Origin: Dehalococcoidia bacterium
Lineage (GTDB): Bacteria > Chloroflexota > Dehalococcoidia > UBA2979
Length of the DNA stretch: 64,000 nt
Reading direction: 5' to 3'
Assembly (NCBI GenBank): GCA_963667465.2
Contig: CAXXDN010000002.1
Span: forward strand, 288,001-352,000
Shown here: positions 57,228 through 64,000 of the stretch, one piece after another
Layout of the letters: each line of letters begins with the position of its first letter
Numbering within the stretch: the first letter of the stretch is position 1
The notes under the pieces: model-generated
Seen by the model: the letters and a program-made list of their open reading frames with translations, nothing else
The model's database searches: none
Told to the model about the DNA's origin: nothing
Program-made: the position numbers and the translations under genes

Positions 57228-58538
57228 CTACCACGGCGATCGAGGCGAGACCGCGCCCTGCTCGACGACGCCTGCGGTTTCGAGCGCTTCCACCTCGGCG
57301 CGGGCGAAGCCGAGCTCCGTCAGCACTTCGCGGGTGTGCTCGCCGAGCGCGGGCGCCGGGAGTCGCGCCTCGGTCGGCGTCTTCGACATCGTGACGATCG
57401 GGCCGACCACCCGCTGCGGACCGGTCACGGAGTGCTCGAGGTCGCTGATCATCCCCTCGGCCACCACTTGCGGGTCATCGGCGAGCTCTTCCGGCAGCTG
57501 GACCGCCGAGGCCGGAACGCCGGCCGCGCCGAACTCCTCGATCCACTCGGCCACCGGGCGCTCCGCAAGCTGGGCGCGCACGGTCGAGAGCCAGCGCTCG
57601 GTCGCGGCCTGGTTCTCGGGGTCCGTAGCGTCGAAGTCGGGGTCGTCGGTGCGCTCGCCCTCGAGGCCGAGGATGCGCCGGATGCTGTCGCGCGTCGCCG
57701 GTGTGAGCGCTCCGAGCACGAGCCCGCCGTCGCGAGCCCGGTAGCCGCCGTAGAAGATTCGCAGGGAGGCCCGCAGCCTGCGCGCGAATTGCCGCAGGCC
57801 GACGATGTCCGCGTACGAGCCGCCTGAGGCGCGCGCCTCCGCGACGGCCTGGAGCATCGGCTGTGTCGTGACCGCGTCCGTCACCGGCTCCCGCATGACG
57901 GCGTTGGCCTGCATGAACAGCGCCGAACGCAGCAACGAGGCGCGGACCACCTGCCCCTCGCCCGTGCGCTCGCGGTGGTAGAGCGCGGCGCAGATTCCCA
58001 TCGCCGCCCCAAGCGCCGTTCCGTAATCGGAGACCGGCGTCGCGCTGATCGTCTCCGGTGCGCCGTGTTCGTCGACCTTCGCATTGCCTGCCATGAGGCC
58101 GGAGTAGGCCTGCGCGACGATGTCAGATCCCGCGAGCGCACTCGCCGGCCCGCTGGCCCCGAACCCGGTCGCCTCGAGGTAGATCAGGTCCGGCCGCAGT
58201 TCGACCAGCGAGTCGTAATCGATCCTGAGTCGCTCCGCGACGCCGGGGCGGTAGTTGTTGGTGACGACGTCGATCTGCGGCATGAGGCGGTGGATCACCT
58301 CGAGGCCTCGCGGGTCTGCGAGGTCGACGATGATGCCGCGCTTGCCCCGGTTGTAGCCCTGGAACGCCTTGCTCTCGTTCGGCACGACCGCGCCGGACTG
58401 GCGGATCGCCTCGCCGCCCGGTGGTTCAACCTTGATCACGTCGGCGCCGAGGTCCGAGAGATTGATGCCGCATGCGGGCCCGGCGACGATCAGCGAGAAC
58501 TCAAGCACCCGAATGCCGGCGAGTGGTCCTGCGGCCAT
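57228..58538 (-). CDS. CaiB/BaiF family III CoA-transferase
   Basis: GPLAGIRVLE, LGADVIKVEPP, NRGKR, NYRPG, PALGEHT. Confidence 0.93.
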   Translation of the reverse strand: MAAGPLAGIRVLEFSLIVAGPACGINLSDLGADVIKVEPPGGEAIRQSGAVVPNESKAFQGYNRGKRGIIVDLADPRGLEVIHRLMPQIDVVTNNYRPGVAERLRIDYDSLVELRPDLIYLEATGFGASGPASALAGSDIVAQAYSGLMAGNAKVDEHGAPETISATPVSDYGTALGAAMGICAALYHRERTGEGQVVRASLLRSALFMQANAVMREPVTDAVTTQPMLQAVAEARASGGSYADIVGLRQFARRLRASLRIFYGGYRARDGGLVLGALTPATRDSIRRILGLEGERTDDPDFDATDPENQAATERWLSTVRAQLAERPVAEWIEEFGAAGVPASAVQLPEELADDPQVVAEGMISDLEHSVTGPQRVVGPIVTMSKTPTEARLPAPALGEHTREVLTELGFARAEVEALETAGVVEQGAVSPRSPW

Positions 58539-58683
58539 TGCTGTGCAGCTCCCCGCGCTGCCCGCCTCGGCGCATCGTGAGCGGAGTGGCGGGCGATCCC
58601 GCGCCGCTCGCGAGCCAGCGCGGACTTGTGACGGCGTGATGGTAATCGCAATGAGGCAGCGCGCCGAGCGGTGCGGCGGAGGC

Positions 58684-58760
58684 TGGTCGGGGAGGCCGGA
58701 TTTGAACCGGCGACCTCTTGACCCCCAGTCAAGTGCGCTGCCAGGCTGCGCCACTCCCCG
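58684..58760 (-). tRNA. tRNA-Pro(GGG)
   Basis: CGGGGAG acceptor stem, anticodon arm CTTGA-CTGGGGG-TCAAG, GGTTCAAATCC T-arm, encoded CCA; 77 nt. Confidence 0.97.
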
Positions 58761-58844
58761 ACGAAGGCCGAATTCGATTCTAACAGGGCGCCCCGCGGGG
58801 GCCAGGACAGGCCAGACGGCGCGGAGCGCCTCGCTGCGGACGGA

Positions 58845-60188
58845 TCAGGCGAGGTCGGTCGCCCGCGCGGCCGTGACGATCACCGCGCCGATTGCGGCCA
58901 GGGCGCTGTACTGGACCAGCACCTCGCGGCTGAGCTGGCCGCGCAGCCGGGCGGCCAGCACGCCGCTCACGAAGAAGAAGGCGATCAGCAGCGCGACGGC
59001 GGCCAGGTGGCCGTCCAGCGGCACGAAATGCAGCGCCCAGCGCAGCTCCCCGATCACCAGCGCCCCCACCAGCGCGAAGGTCAGCATGTCGAGCAGACCG
59101 AGGCTGGAGTTGCGCAGCACCTCGAACGAGAGCAGGCCACCCACGAGCGCCGCCGTAGCGACGGCGGCGGGCAGCGAGGGGTCGCGGGTGTAGAGCAGCG
59201 AGAGCAGCGCGAAGGCGGTCAGGTAGGCGCCCACGTCCGAGACCAGGCGCGCCTCGGCGGCCCCGATCGCGAACTCGCGGACGCTGCGGAGCTCGGCGAC
59301 CACGATTGCCGCGAAGCCGAGTCCGGCGGCGATGGCACTGAACGGGACCCAGAGGCCGCGCGCGTTCTGGTCGATGAACAGCGGGATCGCCAGCGCATAG
59401 AGCGCGGGCAGCACGAGTTGCGGCGTGCTGTCCGCGCCGAGCTCGAACGTCCTCGGATGCTCGCTGCGCAGCACGCCGTGCGTGCCGAGCGCCGCCGCGA
59501 GGACGCCAAGGAGCAGGATCCAGCGCGGCGCAGGCTCGGTGAGCACGAACATCAGGAAGGACAGCGTGACGATCGTCACCAGCACGATGGCCGCGGCGGG
59601 TGTCGCTGCGCGCAGCCACCGGAAGGCCTCGGCCAACAGCTTGGCCAGCACCCGCAGCCGCCGGAGCGCCCGGATGGCGAGCCTGCGTAGCGCCCGCAGC
59701 GCCACGACCGTGATGTGGTGCAGCCACACGAGCAACCGGGCGATGAGGGCGCGGAGCCGCCGAAGCGCCCGGACGATGAGATCGCGCAGCGCCCGCAGTC
59801 GGGGGCGTGCCCAGGCGGCGAACTGGCGCAGCCGCGCGAGTGCCCAGGCGGCGAACTGGCGCAGCCGCGCGAGTGCCCAGGCGGCGAAGGCGCGCAGTGC
59901 CCGCAGCCGGGGGCGTGCCCAGGCGGCGAACTCGCGGAGCAGCGTGAGCACTCGTGCGGCGAAGGCGCGCAGTGCCTGCAAGTGAGGGCGTGCCCAGGCG
60001 GCGAACTCGTGCAGCCGCGCGTTCCCGCGCACGGCAACCTCGCGCACCCGCGAGAGCGCCGGGCCAGCGCCGTCCCGCACCGCGCGCAGCCGCGCGCGCG
60101 GCTGCGCGCGCGCGGCAAGGTCGCTCAGCTGCTCGCGCGCCTGCGCCCAGATGCCCCCGTCATCGCTCGGCGGCTCGGGGTCGGCCAT
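58845..60188 (-). CDS. polytopic membrane protein with N-terminal amphipathic repeats
   Basis: Repeats of L(R/H)(E/Q/A)FAAWA then about 8 TM helices; GGAGG/GGCGG-like RBS before MADPEP. Confidence 0.75.
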   Translation of the reverse strand: MADPEPPSDDGGIWAQAREQLSDLAARAQPRARLRAVRDGAGPALSRVREVAVRGNARLHEFAAWARPHLQALRAFAARVLTLLREFAAWARPRLRALRAFAAWALARLRQFAAWALARLRQFAAWARPRLRALRDLIVRALRRLRALIARLLVWLHHITVVALRALRRLAIRALRRLRVLAKLLAEAFRWLRAATPAAAIVLVTIVTLSFLMFVLTEPAPRWILLLGVLAAALGTHGVLRSEHPRTFELGADSTPQLVLPALYALAIPLFIDQNARGLWVPFSAIAAGLGFAAIVVAELRSVREFAIGAAEARLVSDVGAYLTAFALLSLLYTRDPSLPAAVATAALVGGLLSFEVLRNSSLGLLDMLTFALVGALVIGELRWALHFVPLDGHLAAVALLIAFFFVSGVLAARLRGQLSREVLVQYSALAAIGAVIVTAARATDLA

Positions 60189-60228
60189 GGCGCCGCCCGG
60201 CTCCTCGGCCGCCGCGCCGTCCGGTTCC

Positions 60229-61137
60229 TCAGTCTGGTCGGTTGGTTGGCTGCTCGTCGGCAAGTACCGGCTCCGCCTCCCCGAACAACTCCGCAGCATT
60301 ACGGTACCAAATGCGATCGCGCTCCTCGTCGCTCAGCCCCAGTGCTTCGAACATCCAGCGGAAACGGTCGACGTGCTGCCCGATCTCCTCGTTCCCACAG
60401 TCGGAGCCCCAGACCAGCTTCTCGACACCGATCTCGCGGCCGATCAGGCGGCGTTCCATCGCGTGGCGCTCGATCGTCTCGCCGCCGGAGAGGTCGAACA
60501 CCACGTTGTGCCGCCAGCGCGCCACTGACGCCGACTCGTCGTAGTTCCCGGTGCCTCCGAGGTGCGCGCCGATCAGCGGGAGGTCCGGGAAGTTGTTCGC
60601 GATCGTGTCGAGCTGGAAGGGCCGCATCCGCGCCGCGGAGACATTGCGCGGGCCGCCGCGGCGGCGGAACTCCTGCCAGCGCCGCAGTGCGGCGGCCGCC
60701 TCCGGATCGCGTCGCGGGTGCGTGATCGAGTAGTCGACACCTCCGCCGATGACGCCGAGATGGAAGAGGATCGGCATGCGCCGCTCCTCGGCGGCGGCGT
60801 ACACGGTGAAGTAGCTCGGGTCGTCGATGGGCAGGGGAGCCCCGATGATCTTGAGGCCGCGGTAGCCGATGCCGTGGAGCCGTTCGATCTCGCCCGGCGG
60901 AACCTCCCCCATTGGCAGCGAGGCGACGGGGACCAGCAGGTCCTCGTGCCGCCGCAGGTACTCCAGGGCCTCGTCGTGCGAGGGGCCCGGCATGTTGCGG
61001 CCGCCGCACAGCACCGAGGCGCGCGTGACGCCGGCCGCGCGCAAGGCGTCGGCGCGCGCGTCGATCTGCTGTGCGTGGTCCTCGCGCTCGGGGTGTTCCC
61101 AGTCGCGGGGGAAATGGCAGTGCACGTCCCAGATCAC
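60229..61137 (-). CDS. amidohydrolase family protein
   Basis: DVHCH, GLKI, ILFHLG, AHLG, WGSD, NAAELF. Confidence 0.9.
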   Translation of the reverse strand: MIWDVHCHFPRDWEHPEREDHAQQIDARADALRAAGVTRASVLCGGRNMPGPSHDEALEYLRRHEDLLVPVASLPMGEVPPGEIERLHGIGYRGLKIIGAPLPIDDPSYFTVYAAAEERRMPILFHLGVIGGGVDYSITHPRRDPEAAAALRRWQEFRRRGGPRNVSAARMRPFQLDTIANNFPDLPLIGAHLGGTGNYDESASVARWRHNVVFDLSGGETIERHAMERRLIGREIGVEKLVWGSDCGNEEIGQHVDRFRWMFEALGLSDEERDRIWYRNAAELFGEAEPVLADEQPTNRPD

Positions 61138-61161
61138 GGTCAGTCCTTCCCTCGAGGCCGC

Positions 61162-61635
61162 CTACGGCCTTCGCATCGTCTGCACCGAGCGCGTCTCGAA
61201 GCCGAGCTTCTCCCAGAAGCGGCGCGCCGGCGTGTTCGCCCACAACACCGAGGCCTCCACGGACGTGACGCCGCGGGCTCGCATCCTCGCCAGCCAGACC
61301 TCGACGGCGGCGCGGCCGACGCCGCGAGCGCGCTGCGCGGGCTCCACGTAGCACTCGATCACCTCGCCGATCTCGCGCTCCTCCTCGGGCCAGTCCGGGA
61401 CGACGCGCGTGATCAGGAAGCCGGCCCGCGCGGCGCCGGCGATCATCCACTCGATCTGCTGGCCGTCCGGGTCGGCGTCGAGCGCCTCCCGGTACGCCTC
61501 GACGGGCGGCGCGGGGTCCCATGGCAGCTCGTAGGCGTCGAGCTCGGCGAGGTAGCCGGCGAGCATCGCGAAGAACGCCTCCCGCTCGCCGGGCGCGACT
61601 TCCCGCAGTGCGACGGGCGCACCGCCGGCGGTCAT
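61162..61635 (-). CDS. GNAT family N-acetyltransferase
   Basis: YVEPAQRARGVGR, NTPARRFWEKLGF. Confidence 0.9.
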   Translation of the reverse strand: MTAGGAPVALREVAPGEREAFFAMLAGYLAELDAYELPWDPAPPVEAYREALDADPDGQQIEWMIAGAARAGFLITRVVPDWPEEEREIGEVIECYVEPAQRARGVGRAAVEVWLARMRARGVTSVEASVLWANTPARRFWEKLGFETRSVQTMRRP

Positions 61636-64000
61636 GCGCGCACCGCCCCGGCAGGCGTGCGCGGAGCAGCCGTGTCCGGCTCGCCGAGCAATCGCAGGAG
61701 CGCCTCGATCGCGTCGAGCCAATCCGTGCCGAGGGCTGCGCGAGGCAGCCGCAGCTGCGTCTGGCCGATGCGCACGCCGGCCGGCAGCGGCGGGAGCCGG
61801 CGGCGGCCGAACGGGGCGCCCTGGCGCGCGACGAGCACGATCTCGCCGCCCTCGGCGCGGACGGCGGACACGCCTGCCTCACCCGCGGCGAGCCGAATAC
61901 GCACGAGGGCGAACAGCTCGCGCAACGGCTCCGGGAGCTCGCCGAAGCGGTCGATGACCTCGGTGCTGAGGTCCGTCTCCTCGCGCAGGTCGCGCAGTCC
62001 GGCGATGCGCTGGTAGAGCGCGATGCGCGCCTCGAGGTCCTCGATGTAGCGCTCGGGGATGAAGGCGGAGGCGGGCAGGTCCAGCGACACCGGGCGCGGC
62101 GGCGAGGGCGCGTCGCGCCCGTCGCGCTTCGCGCGCAGGCCCTCGACGGCCGTCGCGAGCATCTGCGTGTAGAGGTCGAAGCCGACGGCGGCGATCTGGC
62201 CGCTCTGCTCCGCGCCCAGCAGGTTGCCGGCGCCGCGAATCTCGAGGTCGCGCAGCGCCACCTGCAGCCCCGCGCCCAGCTCGGTCGCCTCGAAGATCGT
62301 TGCGAGGCGCTGCTGCGCGGCCTCGTTGAGGACGCCGCCGCGGCGGTGCAGCAGGTAGGCGCGCGCCTGCTGTGAGCCGCGGCCGACGCGCCCTCGGAGC
62401 TGGTAGAGCTGCGCGAGGCCGAGCCGTTCCGCGAGGTCGACGATCAGCGTGTTGACGTTCGGGATGTCGATGCCGGACTCGATGATCGTGGTGCAGACCA
62501 GCACGTCCGCCTCACCGGCGGCGAAGCGCTCCATCACGCTGCGCAGCACCCCGCGATGCATCTGCCCGTGCCCGACCACGATGCGCGCCTCCGGCACGAG
62601 CTCGCGCAGCCGATCGGCGAACTGGTCGATGCTGTGTACGCGGTTGTGGACGACGTAGGTCTGCCCGCCGCGCTCGAGTTCGCCGAGGATCGCCTCGCGC
62701 ACAAGTGCACCGTCCCACTCGGCCACCCAGGTCTGGACGGGCAGGCGGTCCTCGGGGGCCGACTCCATCGTCGACATGTCGCGGATGCCGGCCAGGGTCA
62801 TGTGCAGCGTGCGCGGAATCGGCGTCGCCGAGAGCGTGAGCACGTCCACCTCGAGGCGCATGCGCTTGAGTCGCTCCTTGTGCGCCACGCCAAAGCGCTG
62901 TTCCTCGTCGATGATCACAAGGCCGAGGTTTGCGAACTCGACGCCCGGCTGGAGCAGCCGGTGCGTGCCGATCACGATGTCGATCGCGCCCTCGCGCAGG
63001 CCCGCGATCACCTCGCGGGCCTCGGCGTCCGTGCGGAAGCGCGAGAGCGTCTCGATGCGCGCGGGGAAGGGCGCGAGGCGCTCTCGGAAGGTGCGCTCGT
63101 GCTGCTGCGCGAGCACTGTCGTGGGTACGAGGATGGCGACCTGGTAGCCGTCCTGGACGGCCTTGAAGGCGGCGCGCACGGCGACCTCGGTCTTCCCGAA
63201 GCCGACATCGCCGAGGACGATGCGGTCCATCGGCTGGCGCGCTTCCATGTCGCGCTTCACCTCGGCGATCACGCGCTCCTGGTCCGGGGTCTCCTCGTAG
63301 GGGAACGCGGACTCCAGCTCGTGCTGCCACTCGCCGTCGGCGGCAAAGGCGTGACCGCGCAGCAGCTGGCGCGCGGCGTAGAGACGCAGCAGATCCGCCG
63401 CCAGCTCCCCGACCGCCTCGCGCACCCGCGCGCGCGTCCGTGCCCACTCCTGCGTGCCGAGGCGCGTGAGCCTTGGCGCCCGGTCCGAGTCCGCGAGGTA
63501 GCGGCTGACGCGGTCGATCTGCTCGATCGGGACGTAGAGCCGATCCTCGCCCGCGTAGCGCAGCTGCAGGTAGTCGCGCTGCTCCTCGCCCACGTCGCGG
63601 CGCACGATGCCGGCGAAGCGCGCGATCCCGTGGTCGGCATGCACCACGAAGTCGCCGGGCGTGACGTCGGCGAGGAAACGCGCGCGGTGCGAGGCGCCGC
63701 GGCGCAGCGCGCGGCGCTTGCGGATGAAGCCCAGCAGCTCGCGGTCCGTCGCCAGCGCCAACTCGCCTCGCGGCGTCGCGATACGCCAGCCGCCGGGCAG
63801 CGAGCCCTGCACGAGGGCGAGCGAGCCGGGTGCGGGCGGCGCAGCGAGCCCGCTCTCGACGCGGACGGGCACGCCCGCCTCGGCGAGCAGCTCGCGGAAG
63901 CGCTGCGCCTGCTGCGTAACCACGACGATGCGGTCGCCGCGCTGCACGCGCCGCTCGAGCTCGCGTGCGGCGATCTGCAGTCGCCCTGCGTAGGCGTCGT
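61632..64000 (-). CDS. mfd: transcription-repair coupling factor, 5' part outside window
   Basis: CarD-like VVHADHGIA, GDVGFGKTEVA, DEEQRFG, SATPIPRT, QLRGRVGR, DLEIRGAGNLLG. Confidence 0.97.
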   Translation of the reverse strand, partial: DAYAGRLQIAARELERRVQRGDRIVVVTQQAQRFRELLAEAGVPVRVESGLAAPPAPGSLALVQGSLPGGWRIATPRGELALATDRELLGFIRKRRALRRGASHRARFLADVTPGDFVVHADHGIARFAGIVRRDVGEEQRDYLQLRYAGEDRLYVPIEQIDRVSRYLADSDRAPRLTRLGTQEWARTRARVREAVGELAADLLRLYAARQLLRGHAFAADGEWQHELESAFPYEETPDQERVIAEVKRDMEARQPMDRIVLGDVGFGKTEVAVRAAFKAVQDGYQVAILVPTTVLAQQHERTFRERLAPFPARIETLSRFRTDAEAREVIAGLREGAIDIVIGTHRLLQPGVEFANLGLVIIDEEQRFGVAHKERLKRMRLEVDVLTLSATPIPRTLHMTLAGIRDMSTMESAPEDRLPVQTWVAEWDGALVREAILGELERGGQTYVVHNRVHSIDQFADRLRELVPEARIVVGHGQMHRGVLRSVMERFAAGEADVLVCTTIIESGIDIPNVNTLIVDLAERLGLAQLYQLRGRVGRGSQQARAYLLHRRGGVLNEAAQQRLATIFEATELGAGLQVALRDLEIRGAGNLLGAEQSGQIAAVGFDLYTQMLATAVEGLRAKRDGRDAPSPPRPVSLDLPASAFIPERYIEDLEARIALYQRIAGLRDLREETDLSTEVIDRFGELPEPLRELFALVRIRLAAGEAGVSAVRAEGGEIVLVARQGAPFGRRRLPPLPAGVRIGQTQLRLPRAALGTDWLDAIEALLRLLGEPDTAAPRTPAGAVRA

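Noticed and set aside
58684-58760. tRNA-Pro as an island integration site
   Set aside because: No integrase, and I saw no duplicated tRNA 3' end in the window
59807-60010. Possible CRISPR array
   Set aside because: Repeats are in-frame coding repeats without unique spacers; no cas genes
86-63993. Numerous long Arg/Ala/Pro-rich antisense and off-frame ORFs (e.g. 4300-6348, 37384-39501)
   Set aside because: Shadow ORFs expected at high GC; they overlap well-supported genes and have no recognisable motifs

Overview
High-GC bacterial chromosomal window. The gene content (LLM oxidoreductases, tandem SDRs, thiolase/OB-fold pair, F420 PPOX, caa3 oxidase) suggests a heterotrophic Chloroflexota/Dehalococcoidia-like organism; this is inference. 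1-13.1 kb is a respiratory supercluster: ctaA, a complete ccm system I, a caa3-type oxidase (ctaCDEF) and ctaG. It is followed by nadE, folP, amtB-glnK, a Grx-TrxB fusion, nudC, tRNA-Pro(GGG), a partial mfd and many catabolic enzymes. Most notable: (1) a thiolase-fold gene with an in-frame UGA followed by a SECIS-like hairpin, divergent from an Rdx / UGSC-selenoprotein operon, i.e. a candidate new selenoprotein; (2) an IS110 element inserted in a REP-like repeat, whose non-coding end contains readable bridge-RNA guides matching both its target and its own donor junction; (3) small defence/TA islets (stand-alone EcoRII-N domain plus SRA-like HNH, a split CapRel-like toxSAS pair, HicAB); (4) an 11-bp-periodic GlnR-box-like array upstream of amtB. 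All family assignments are from motif recognition by eye; no database searches were run.
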